Shown here one piece after another: positions 10,843 through 22,556 of a DNA stretch of 64,000 nucleotides (the first letter of the stretch is position 1; each line of letters begins with the position of its first letter). The DNA lies in the NCBI GenBank assembly GCA_001599295.1, contig BCGN01000006.1, positions 1,240,001 through 1,304,000 on the forward strand, read 5' to 3'. Position numbers and translations under genes: made by a program. The DNA comes from Sporopachydermia quercuum. Lineage: Eukaryota. The notes below the pieces were generated by a model that was not told the origin of the DNA, did not search any database, and saw only the letters and a list, made by a program, of their open reading frames with translations.

Positions 10843-13800
10843 ATGCACACGCCAAAGGCTAAGTATGGGAAGCGAAATAGAATAGTAGATAATGTTAAAA
10901 CACCTATCAGTGACGGGGGTGAGAAAAATGATACGGTTAACTCAGTGGGAAGTATCAAAACTGGAACTCCCTCATCATTACTGCGAACTCTTCATCTTAA
11001 CAGTCCTATTCCATCACCATCGCCAACATATAAATTAGGAGCTAAAGGTAAAAGGACTACATCTACNAACAAAGATGTTGACTACGATGCTTTGTTTGAG
11101 TTTTCCGACATGCCTTCAACTCCTAGCACTTTGTCGAAAGCAGGAAATATGAATAAGAATACGCAGACCGCAAGTCAAAGTAAACGGAAACTTCAGCAAG
11201 AGTCAAATGAATACAAAGGAATTGATTTCTACTTTCCTTCTAAAAAGTCTAATCAGAACGATAACTCTGGCAAAGGTTCTTTGAATAAGCAGGATTCTTC
11301 TGCTGTGGATCTAATTTCAATGGAGGCCGATGAGCCAAAGGAAACAACCAGTTTGAACCAAGAGATAGATCATGATCTGCCTGACTCAAGCTCTGNATCA
11401 ACCGTAANTACCAGCAGCAAAGCATCCAATAAACTACTACAGTGGAGACTACTGAAAGCTATGGAAAAAGTGCCAAATAATGAAAGGACAAAGAACGAGG
11501 ACTCAGAAGTACCCGAATCGAAACTGGAACCAGAGTTCAGGCCAGCGCCGAAATCTATAATGAAACGCGATGGCAATTGGTCCAAAGCTATAAGCGTTAG
11601 TGGAAATAGTACTAGTAAAAAGCTACATAAAAGTACAGGAAAGAAAAGNGTGACATTTGGTGGAGTAGCAAGTAAAACACATGGAACTTCAGGAAAACCA
11701 ACTACTGGGTTTGAATCTGATGCCTGGTCTTTTCTTGATGAAGCTGTCGATCTAGTCAACGATGTCCAAACGCCTAAAATGAAGAAGAAGACAGTATTTG
11801 ACTTAAGAAAAGAAACAATGGAAGAGTTCCAAGAAAACTCTCCTGAGAATAAATTTGTAATTCTATATCAAGAGAATGTTCTCGCGCCCAACAGTGTGGA
11901 AGATACTGATGTTGAGATGAACCCCAAAGAACAGGATAGACTGTCCGACCCAAAATCTACGATTATACAGGAACATAACATAATAATCAATACAGACACT
12001 GAGTCTAACAAAGAAAACTCAGCGTCTGACTCTAATGAGAGAATAACCAAAGATCGAAATTCATTTCCTTCCAGTGTTAGAAAAACATATGGCTCTGTTC
12101 GTTCGTATCGTACAGCCCAAGATGACCTAGGGTTTGAACTAGCAGAGGAAACACCTATTGATTCTGGCTACTCGGATGATGAAAATGGTACAACTTACAA
12201 TAATGACGGTAAAGCTTCAGATAGTGAGGACGACGGAGATGCTTTACTAAATATAAATGAACTGCGAGAATCAGGACAGAAGACTCGATTTGATAACGAA
12301 ATAGGTTATATGATCGACGGAGTGAAAAATTCGTCATTATCTGAACGGAGAGCATGTTTGGTTGAACTGGCCACTAGAGCTCTTGATGACGAATTCGTAA
12401 CTCAAATGCAGTCGTATAACATTGACAACGAGTTTTATGAGAACATATATAGCTCAATATCCGACCCAATTGTTCTTTTCACTGCTGGTTTTTTCTTCTC
12501 TCGTTTGTTCGAGAGTTATCCTAAACTTGTGGTGGAAATAGTCTGCCTAATACCAGCATTCAAGGGCATACTGGGAGCTATGTTGAGGCAAACAGAAGAG
12601 ATAACTGAATATGTAGATAGGTACAGATTCAAGTCTAGACCCTCAAAAGCATCTATAGAATCATTTAATGANCTGGTGATCAAAATATGGAGGGCGGCAG
12701 ACGTTGAAAAGGAAGACCTTCATACTAAAGAGACTATTGAAGACCGAAGGGAGAACGAAAGAGACGATTTCAGAGTAACTACTGATAAGAAGTCACTTAG
12801 ACAGGTTGGATCTAATTCACCAAGTAACTCTACAACAAATATAAAGTCAAGTACACTACTGAAGAAGGAATACCCGTTGTCCAGTTCTTATTTTGCGCTA
12901 ACGACATTGTCGTTGATTGGCAAAGTGAAACCGGACAACGATTCAGGTCCTTTATTCCAGCTGTTCATTGATTTAAGATCTGGCATTTGTCAATTGCTAA
13001 TTTACATAATCAACAGCTCTATTAACACAGAATCTGGTATCTCCACAACGGCATCTGATCTAGCTCCAGTTGATATTCAATCAGTTCAAATGCTGTTATA
13101 CATTATAGAACAGAACATTCATTATTCTGAATGGAATAGTGACTCTCTACTTACTGAAGCTATTACTAGTACCTGGGATTTATTGCTAGGACAGAATTAC
13201 TTAATATTTGCTTCAGATGTGAACTTCCAACGATGTATAGGTACGTTTATAAGACTCTGTGTTGTGATAGCAAGTGGTGATAGTGCGCTGAACAGTGATT
13301 TGAAGACCGCCATTTTTCATGAACAANCATTCGAAATGCTGGGTAAATACTGTGAGAGCCTAGATGTTAAAGAGCTTTTGTCGAACAATAGTGATGTTAT
13401 CAATGAGAACGAGGAGTATAATGGCAATAGGAGGAAGGGGGATACTGATGACATTGCTAGCATTAGAAATAGTAAATTGCCAATTCTCATTAGAAAAAAC
13501 AACCTTTTGTTTTGCCTAGGACTTCTCGTCTTGTTGATTGGTANTGATAATCTACGGATGAACTATTTCAGTAAGGATATCAAATGTCAGGTTTACCTGA
13601 AGTTATTTGATGATGCCACTAAAAAATCAGAAGTTAACGATAATGATAGTAAGAATGAAACAAGTGAGAATATGGGAAATAGTAACAGAAGCACACATAG
13701 AACGAGAACCAAATCCGATGCCAGTTCTATTCAGAACGTTATTAACTCCTCAGCTTCAAATACTTCTAGTGATAACAATGAAGATGATGTGCCAATCGTC

Positions 13801-14049
13801 TTATCGCAGGAGTCAAGCACAACCCGAAGAGATGAATCAAGTCTTCATATTGTTGGATATTTAGGTTTTCTGTTGGGTATATTGATCACCAAAGAGCCAA
13901 TTCCAGAGAACATTCAACAGTTCATTCCTAGTTATAAAACAAAAATTATTTCTGTTGTTGAGGGTTTTATTAATCGGGTTGATGAAAGATGGGGCAATGG
14001 AGTTTATCAGCAACTGAGAGAACTGAAGCTTGCTTTAGAGAAGCCGTAG
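10843..14049 (+). CDS. WPL1: Cohesin release factor WAPL (Wpl1/Rad61-like)
   Basis: First ATG at 10843 within ORF 10771-14049. Long disordered N-terminus with KTYGSVRSY, then WAPL-domain start INELRESGQKTRFDNEIGYMIDG..SERRACLVELA, and helical C-terminus (LGLLVLL, GYLGFLLG). Confidence 0.75.
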   Translation: MHTPKAKYGKRNRIVDNVKTPISDGGEKNDTVNSVGSIKTGTPSSLLRTLHLNSPIPSPSPTYKLGAKGKRTTSXNKDVDYDALFEFSDMPSTPSTLSKAGNMNKNTQTASQSKRKLQQESNEYKGIDFYFPSKKSNQNDNSGKGSLNKQDSSAVDLISMEADEPKETTSLNQEIDHDLPDSSSXSTVXTSSKASNKLLQWRLLKAMEKVPNNERTKNEDSEVPESKLEPEFRPAPKSIMKRDGNWSKAISVSGNSTSKKLHKSTGKKXVTFGGVASKTHGTSGKPTTGFESDAWSFLDEAVDLVNDVQTPKMKKKTVFDLRKETMEEFQENSPENKFVILYQENVLAPNSVEDTDVEMNPKEQDRLSDPKSTIIQEHNIIINTDTESNKENSASDSNERITKDRNSFPSSVRKTYGSVRSYRTAQDDLGFELAEETPIDSGYSDDENGTTYNNDGKASDSEDDGDALLNINELRESGQKTRFDNEIGYMIDGVKNSSLSERRACLVELATRALDDEFVTQMQSYNIDNEFYENIYSSISDPIVLFTAGFFFSRLFESYPKLVVEIVCLIPAFKGILGAMLRQTEEITEYVDRYRFKSRPSKASIESFNXLVIKIWRAADVEKEDLHTKETIEDRRENERDDFRVTTDKKSLRQVGSNSPSNSTTNIKSSTLLKKEYPLSSSYFALTTLSLIGKVKPDNDSGPLFQLFIDLRSGICQLLIYIINSSINTESGISTTASDLAPVDIQSVQMLLYIIEQNIHYSEWNSDSLLTEAITSTWDLLLGQNYLIFASDVNFQRCIGTFIRLCVVIASGDSALNSDLKTAIFHEQXFEMLGKYCESLDVKELLSNNSDVINENEEYNGNRRKGDTDDIASIRNSKLPILIRKNNLLFCLGLLVLLIGXDNLRMNYFSKDIKCQVYLKLFDDATKKSEVNDNDSKNETSENMGNSNRSTHRTRTKSDASSIQNVINSSASNTSSDNNEDDVPIVLSQESSTTRRDESSLHIVGYLGFLLGILITKEPIPENIQQFIPSYKTKIISVVEGFINRVDERWGNGVYQQLRELKLALEKP

Positions 14050-14392
14050 AACTGGGACTATCATTCTGATGAGATAGAATGGGTATAGCATATATAGTGG
14101 CTGTAATATTAGTTCGGCCTTAGTATTTTAATGATATTCATAACTATAAGAATAATAGTACTAGTGCTTATTTGAGGGATTAAATACTTGATCATGACAC
14201 ATATATCATATGCTTGNTCCTCTCAACTACCAGATATGACATAGCAATTAACCTAACAGTTCAACTCGTACTATGGCATCCCATTCCTGTTGAACATAAA
14301 CAGCTCTCCCTCTCTCTCTCTGAACATATTGCTCTCATTATCAACATCTATTTTTTCTTGACACCGCATACCTGATTCTATACAATCATCTT

Positions 14393-15252
14393 CTATGAAG
14401 CAACTCTTTTAACTTCCCATTCATTCTTCTCAACATCTTCTCTTTCAAATATGATTCTATCATGCAATCTACTTGGACGTCCTTGCCAGAACTCAATATA
14501 ATCAGGAATAATCCTTAGCCCTCCCCAANATGGGGGACATGGAATTTCCTCAACATCCTTAAACTCTTCTTCTTTTTGTTTATACAACAGCTCAAGTTCT
14601 TCTCTGTTGCTGATTTCTCTTGATTGAGGACTAGCCCAAGCTCCAATTCTTGATCCTCTTGGTCTTGTATTGAAATAAACCTGCGATTCTTCNTTTGAGA
14701 GGAATTCCGTAGGACCTTCAATTCTGACTTGACGTTCAAGATTCTTCCAGAAGAACGTCAATGAGGCGAATGGATTTGAGCGAATGTCTTTGCTTTTCTT
14801 TGATGTTCCCCAATTGGAGAATACAACAAAACCTCTCTTGTCTAGTTCTTTGAATAATACAATACGAGACGATACTCTTCCTGAAGGTAAGGAGGCAGTT
14901 GATAATGTGGTTGATTCAGGTAAATTTTCAGCTTTTGAAGCTTCGTCAAACCAGTTTTTGAATTGGATAATTGGGTCAGGGTTCAAGTTCTCAACATCGA
15001 TTGAGAATTTAGTATATTGTTCAGTTTTAGGAGCAACTAATAAATCAAACGAGTTAGTAAATCATACTTAGTAAAAATGATCAAGTCCTAGGAATTGATT
15101 CAAAAAGTCTCATCCACATCAACCCCGCAAAATAATATCCCCGTTGATATCCGAATTCACTTACAAATAAGAGCATCCTTTGGTTTCTCTTGCTTAGGGC
15201 TCGCTTGATCACCGTTCTCGGCTTGTTCAACTGCTGGTGCTGTATAATCCAT
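14393..15252 (-). CDS. PDX3: Pyridoxine/pyridoxamine 5'-phosphate oxidase
   Basis: Exon 1 15252-15165, intron GTAAGT..TACTAAC..TAG 15164-15037, exon 2 15036-14393. Motifs [54 protein letters not shown]. Confidence 0.95.
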
Positions 15253-16939
15253 GGCTGTAAGTTCTCTACTGAACTGCAATTCTTGTCGTAACGCTTCTAT
15301 ATGTATAATTGGACTTCTATAAGTACTTTTAATGATTTGTGTACTGTGTAAGGGATGTATGAATTCTTTGGTTAAACTTGTTGATTTGAATCAAATAGCA
15401 CTCCGTAATAACAGCATAAAGATAGTTAGTTTGGCAATTGTTCAAACTAACAAGAAAAAGAAATCAAGTTAGCAGGAATGTTAAGAAAGTAAAGAATGAA
15501 AACAGAAATGAGAATTATTTGGATTTAGTACCGGTATCAAGAGAAGGTGACATATTAAGTGAAAAATTCGTCAACTAATGTAATGATTCTCTGTCAGATG
15601 AAGAGGATCTTGCTATTTTTTGTTAGGTTGCAACAGAACGACTACTTATTTCGTTGAATATACGAATATGGTTCACAAGATGCATAATAGTGCATACAAC
15701 TGCTGTTGAAAATAAACAGTTTTCTTCTGGTTTTGAAGGCGNAAAATGATGAAATGATTGTTCTCGGAGGNCAAGTATTTACTGATAGTCAGACAAATAT
15801 TTGCCAAGTACTGAGAGTTGTCTCGATATTAAAAACTCAAGTATTGCTCTTTTTCTTGGAGATTTTGTTTTCCAACTTCTACTACATTTTGAGTCTTCTG
15901 CTGCATTATGCATGCCATGAGTTTGATGCATAAGCTTTGTTTTTATAATGGTGCCTTACAAAATGGTCATTCATAAGTTATATTCCCGAGTCATAAAACA
16001 TAAGAACACTATTAGTCATTAACGGTATTCAATGTTTTCAGCACAATTACTAAAATTAAACAAATTCGATATACCTGAAGTAGAACTATTTGTTTGATCT
16101 TTTCTATGTTGCTCCTGCAATATGGCAGAGTACACATTATTCCGTATTTCAACTCATTACTTGTATGAATCAATCTCCTCTGTCATATAGATAGACAAAG
16201 AGAGACAAATCTTATATACTTGTCAACCTTTCTGTGTTAAGCCTTAATTTAGGTTGAGTTTCAGTTTAAAAAGCTTGTTTTTGAACTCTAAATCCAAATG
16301 AGATGGCATTTTCACTTCATCTGTTTATTTTTCTTTTTCTTCTCAGCAACACTTATCGAAATGCCTATTTGAGCAGTGTTCAGTTTCGGTGAAGATCGTT
16401 TGACAGGTATTTTATTGTATGAGTAATTCCGATTGTTTTACTAAAGAATCAGAGAGTTTAACAACAGATCTTTATTAGCTGACTATTATACGTTCAAGGT
16501 ACGAATATTTCCTGCAAACATCCTAGAATCAGTCATCCTCACACTGCTGGACCGACATAATCATAGACTTACAGTACTCCTCTATATGATCGTCAGTAGT
16601 TTTACTACTATAAAAAAAATCGTTTTTATAGTAGTTTTAATTATCCTTTTAGCTAGAAGATTATTTCTGATTATACGATTGTCTCATGAAGAATCGTGGT
16701 GTATAAATAGATCATTTCTTCATCTGAAGGCAGCACTATTCCTAGCACTCATAGCTCGCTCACAGGGCATTAGAATGGTTTGCTAGTAATTAACTATCCA
16801 CCATAATCACAAATATCAGATCTTTTAGACGCCATTCACGTACTGTGTCAACAACCAATTTATTAATTTCCGGCAGGCCATATGCCTTCTTTGCCATTTA
16901 GCATTTTGAATAGTCAATCTACACAGCCACCGGTCTGCC

Positions 16940-18725
16940 ATGGCGTCCATTATGTTATTATCTACCATCAGCAATGCAATTGCTCCTTATAAATCCTTCA
17001 TTATTCTTCATTTCATCCTTGCATTCTTTGGTATTGCAGGTACATTTATAAGAGAGTCATTGATACTATTGACAACGTTTTCTGGTAATTACCTTGGAGG
17101 GTTAATATGGACTACATTAACTGGGTGTTTTTTAATGGGTTTTTTCGTAACAGAATCTTTCTTATATGAGTCCCTGCTTCAGAACCAAAAAGACAGTTCA
17201 AACAAGAAAACCGAAGGAAAACCATCAACGGAAGTTAATAATCTCAATGCTACCATTGCTACCCCTAAGTTTCAACCTGATAATACTACATCTAATTTCG
17301 AAAATCCTGACAGCATTCCTATGTATGATATGGCTACTGATGACATAGCTGAATCTGAACCTATAACTACCAATGATAACTCGCTTATCATAACTCGTAT
17401 CCATACTAAATTGACGAAAAACGACTTACTTCTATACATTGGATCAACTGTCGGAGCATGTGGAAGTATAACATCCTTTTCTGCATTGGTTGAAGATTTA
17501 TTCTACTATTCAACTAATATTCATCCTTGGCCTCCATCCCCTAGCACGGGGAACAACGCATCATTTCCCAATGGTGCTTATGGCATCATGAACTTTCTCT
17601 CAGTGATCCTTCTGGAATCATCTATTGCCGTGATATCCTTCTTTATGGGAACCCATATTGCATTGCTATGTCACCGACAAGACTATAAATGGCTGAAATT
17701 TAGTACCATGGAATCAATGTATGCTATGGAAGTGTTGATAGCTATCATGGGACTGCTTTTATGGATCACTGTGTTGGTTTTATCTGTATGCCTCGATGTC
17801 GGCAGGAAAGTATGGCCATTGTATGGAGTATTTGCTCCCTTTGGTGTTTATCTACGTTTTTACTTCTCAAAAGTAAAAATCAATAGCAGAAAATGGGGCT
17901 GGTTCCCTATAGGTACTTTTCTTAGTAATATGGTGGCCACTGTTCTATTAGCAGTGTTGATGGTTTTGAGATATGGCAAACGGAATAATACTAGCAGGAC
18001 GGCCTTTGAAGGAGAATTTGGGACCAATAATACAGAATCTGGCTCCACTGTGCTTGTAGGCATAGTTCGGAACAAGTTATCATGTGAAGTGATTGACGGC
18101 TTGACAGTAGGCTTCTGTGGAGGCCTTTCTACTATCTCGTCGTTAGTGAAAGAGCTCTTTAATTTGAATTGTAAGTACTATTTGTTATGAGGGTTGAATT
18201 TTGCAGCAATGTGAATGTAATAGAAAGGAAACACACAACCCTGCAGTCATAATTAGATAATATCATCTCTATTATGATACTGTACATATGAGCAGCCTAA
18301 AAGCTATTTCTGGCTGCTGTTTCTAGTCCCTGGGTATAATTAGGTTCTAGCATTCAAATCAGAGACCAAATATACCAAGGATACTACTTTAAATTAGTTT
18401 TTGATGCTGTAATATCTGGCTGAAGGATCAAACACTGGCTTGTCTTCTATTCAACAGCCTGCAGTAATTTTCATCGCCCTACAGCTGGACAATACTGATA
18501 CATTCAAACTAATGCTAACATTCGTCATTTATTCAGTGAAAAGGGCCTATCTTTATGCTGTAATAACCACAGCCATTGGATACATTTTCATGGTTTTAAT
18601 ATTTGGAGTAGTGGTAAGTTTGCTTGTTGATCGAGAAACACCTCTATTTTGTTTCTGTCGCATAGTATTAACCCTTTTCTTTCAAATAGGCATGGAAAAA
18701 CGGAGTCACTGACGGTACATGTTAA
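16940..18725 (+). CDS. FEX1: Fluoride export channel (FEX, tandem CrcB/Fluc domains), 3 exons
   Basis: Exons 16940-18170, 18537-18613, 18690-18725 (GTAAGT donors; GCTAAC/ATTAAC branch points). Fluc motifs GIAGTFIR, GACGSITSFS, APFGVYLR, PIGTFLSN, GFCGGLSTISS; ends AWKNGVTDGTC. Confidence 0.9.
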
Positions 18726-20754
18726 TATGCTGTTTCCTGAATAATCAAATCATCACTTAGGAAAAAATACTTATCTAATGAATGTTGAAAAAACCTTCAA
18801 TTGATGTTCCCGCTTCCAACAACACGTTCAACTAAATGCTCGTATGAAAAGCATAAAACCCAATAAAGACAGAAAAAATTAGACCTCTGAAATAGAAGAA
18901 ATAAAGACATAAGAACGAATTTACCTCATTCTTATTGATATTCCCGCAATCAGGATATCCTTTATTCATTCTAATCTAATTCCTTCAACATTGAAGGAGC
19001 AATATGCTATTATAGTCATAGCAAACAAGCTTGAGAATCTATTGTTCTACAAAATCATTTATGAACAAAGGATTAACCATACATGTTTAAGTATTCAAAA
19101 TAATCAGCATAAACGCAGAAGTAGTATGCTAGATTATACCACAATTCACATCTCCTTTTGTATGACAATAATAATACCAATAACCGCTTGTTTCTTTAAC
19201 AATATTCTCTATTGTCATTAATGGGGAAAAACGCGACTCCGAAAAAGCCCTATGATTCAAATTTCAGAGAACTATTCAATATGATATCGGTCCATTTGGG
19301 AAACGTCCAATTGAAGTTTGGCAAAGAAATTGAATTACAGAAGCTACATTAATAAACCCTAGAGACTAAGAAATCCGAAGCAACCCTTCTTAGGTTAACT
19401 AGCTAGCAGTTTTTCCATAAATGTAAGATAATCAGTTGTTCCGGAGCACGACAGATCATGTAGTTATGATAATTCAACGGAATTATCATGAGATAAGTGC
19501 CATGCGTTACTAACAGGTACTTCTTTTGTTGCCATGAAAATTCTGCGCTCTAAGCTAATTACCAGTGCAAACAGTTAATAGAATTGTCAATTAATAACAA
19601 ATCAACTTATTCATCCCATGGTAAACATCTAGTTCCTAAGTAGAAGTAGGGTTTCTTATAAGGAGTTGTCAGGATAGTGTCATGAGTAGCTTACACAAGC
19701 CATTGCCAAACTCCTATCACGAATGACGCTAACCCTTGTATCTCATACAGATTTATTAATAAGAAAACCTTTCTCAAGAGAAATTGTCTGATCTAATGCT
19801 TCTAAGATATATTTCAATCTGGGAGGTAGTTGGGAGGTAAATTACTCAAAGGTTAGGCGAATAAACCGCTCGACTCATAATTTCTATTTGGCTTAATGAG
19901 TGAACCCCTTGAATGTATCCTCTGGTAAATCTATTGTGTACAAGATAAATGAGATGCTTGTTTAACGGAATTGAGTTGAAAACTTAGTTGATACATGAAT
20001 AGTGAGCAATTGTCGAACAGTTTTACTAAATTTTCAATGTGTATTATAGTTATGCTGTCGATTGCTTCCTTGATCAGTATGAAACGCGTCAAACAAGAGA
20101 CAGCAAGCTAGGAATTTTANTTGAAACAGTTGTTCGTATTATACGGGATTCCTCCCCTGTTTTCAGGGGCATCAATTGGAGGATTTTTAACNGTAGAAAA
20201 TAAGATATAAGTGCGCAGGAGGCGATTCTAGTTCATAGAGATAAAAAGTAGCATTTTGGTAAGATGAAGAATTTGATACTCAAACACGAACTGTGGTGAG
20301 ATGCGTGTCTGGTCACGTGTGAGAACAAATATGGGAAGAATGTGATCGGCATCGCAATATGGCAGTGGAGTTGAGAATTGGTTGATATCAACTAGAACAA
20401 GGAGCATCAGAAACTGATACCAACTAAGAAAGTCGGCTTCTTTTGATTTATGTTGCTATTTGACAAAAGAATGTCTTTCCGGGAATATATTGTGACCTAT
20501 ACTGTTCCGAGCCAGTTCAAGCAGTAACCAATGATGTTGTATTATCTCCGGTTTACCATCCTAAAGAAGGGGGCGTTTCTTACCATCGTAATTCTCCAGC
20601 TGTTTTTTATTTACGTTATGTTATTATGCCCTTCACATTCGATTATATGTTAACAACGAAGTTGTAAATAATGGTAATAGTCATTCTTAATTTTGCTATT
20701 TTGGTTTATTGAAGACATCAACTAAAACACTCGAAATGGAGATACTACTGTGAC

Positions 20755-21636
20755 ATGGAACATGAGAAGCAAAGAAACCGATCTTCAGATCTTCAACCTC
20801 ACGTGCAAAGCCATAGTCAGAATGCATTGCTGAGTCTTGTTGATCAGCTGGGGTTAGATTATAGTAGTAATGATAGCGTAGACTTGAGTAGGCAAGTTGG
20901 TGTTAATTCTGACATAAATGTATTGAGAGACAGTAGTTGTTCTGATAATGATAACAGTATTAAGACTAACATCAGTTCTGAACATGGAAGTTTATCAAGG
21001 ACGATATCAATGCCAATGGAGTCTGCATATTCTACTAAAGACCTGGACTTTGAAGGCGAGGAAGTGATGGTTATTATGCCAATATCATGGCCAATCAGCA
21101 ATGAAAAAGGAGAAAGTGACAAAGATCCTAATGATACAGGAGAGGAATCTGATGAATCCTATGAAACTGATCAAAACAGTTTAGGACGAGAGTTAAGCGA
21201 AGAAAAGGGAAGCGAAAAGGATACAACTCAGTCCAATAAAAATTTTAACGAGTCGTTTCATTTGCTTGAACGCGTAATTGAAGAAATTTCTGACTCACAG
21301 GATGAAGAAAACAATACACTGGTACCGACTTTTGATAAGCCAAAATTCGAAGAAAGAATTTCCCGTACCAGATCACGCGACTTGCGGATGAGTTCTGAGC
21401 CATGTACCGCAGTCATACCCCATTCCGTCAATGATAATGAGTGTAATGTTGACTCTTCTCTCAGCCAGCAAGCTGAAAATAGTTGCAAGCATGAGAGCCC
21501 CATTATATTACCTGAATCTCGAACAAAATATAAACTTGGTACTGATAGCTATTCCCCAGGTCTGAGAGCAAAACATAGAGTCGGTCTATCAAAAAGAGAG
21601 CAGGTAGCTCCACTCCATTCATATTTAACCAGGTGA
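20755..21636 (+). CDS. Acidic, largely disordered protein with C-terminal RVGLSK..PLH motif (RAD51AP1-like)
   Basis: 293-aa ORF rich in S/E/D, ending HRVGLSKREQVAPLHSYL. The frame is open slightly upstream of the ATG, so an upstream exon cannot be excluded. Confidence 0.6.
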   Translation: MEHEKQRNRSSDLQPHVQSHSQNALLSLVDQLGLDYSSNDSVDLSRQVGVNSDINVLRDSSCSDNDNSIKTNISSEHGSLSRTISMPMESAYSTKDLDFEGEEVMVIMPISWPISNEKGESDKDPNDTGEESDESYETDQNSLGRELSEEKGSEKDTTQSNKNFNESFHLLERVIEEISDSQDEENNTLVPTFDKPKFEERISRTRSRDLRMSSEPCTAVIPHSVNDNECNVDSSLSQQAENSCKHESPIILPESRTKYKLGTDSYSPGLRAKHRVGLSKREQVAPLHSYLTR

Positions 21637-22556
21637 TGCAGCGTATACGTCATATAGCTCAGCAATTGATTTATCTATAAGCTCTGGATATTATTGCTTA
21701 TCTACCATACAATTTTGCTTCATACTTCTAAATCTTACTTTGTATCCATATTCCTGTTCTTTTGGTCTGTTATCTATTAGCTTGAACATTATGTGAAAAA
21801 CATTATAACTTATCAAAGAATGCTCAATTTACGGGTGTTCCCGCTAGTTAAAGTTTTCAAATTTCAGCTATGTTCAGGCACAATCAACCCTTCATTGATA
21901 CACATTATCTATCTGAAAACGAGCTGAAAAGCCTGAGAATCAGATAAACACATTGATTCATATATATATTCAAATAAGCAAAGTTTCACCTGTTACAAGC
22001 CTTCCGAAAGCATCAGGAAAACTCCTTATTTTTATTAACTCGTATTGAAACTACAGGGAAGTTGAATGAATCCCTTCCAAAAATNCCCTCGGCTTGTCCC
22101 TGTAAGCAAGAAATCTTATACTTTAATTTCACCTTTAACTTTATTCAGGATGAACCTTAACTCTTGATTGACTTGGAAGCCCTTTTTCTCTTATTAATAA
22201 ACGCTTGTTTGGACCGCTTTGGGATATAGCATTCTACTTGTTTTGGAACTCAAAATAAGATTGTGAACTCTATTTCAATGGACTCCAGAAATACAAATAA
22301 AGTTCTGCTATCAGGTTGATTGTATCAAGTATANAAAAAGGCAAAGATTTCCATCTACATGGCTCTTGCTAGGTTCAAATAACCTATTCTACTTTTTGTG
22401 ATGGACCAGTCAGACGTTATCTGTCGAATTTTATGTTTTGTGCCCTTGGAGAGTAGCTAGTGTCTTTGGTAAGTCCTCATTATATTTATCATTATCTTCA
22501 ACAGACCATCATAGTTAGCAGTATTCAATTGCTATATTACCACCACAGCNCTAATC

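Noticed and set aside
15450..16900. Telomerase RNA expected next to PDX3 by analogy with S. cerevisiae TLC1 synteny
   Set aside because: No extensive pairing, template or Sm site was visible, and the neighbouring gene is FEX rather than CSG2.
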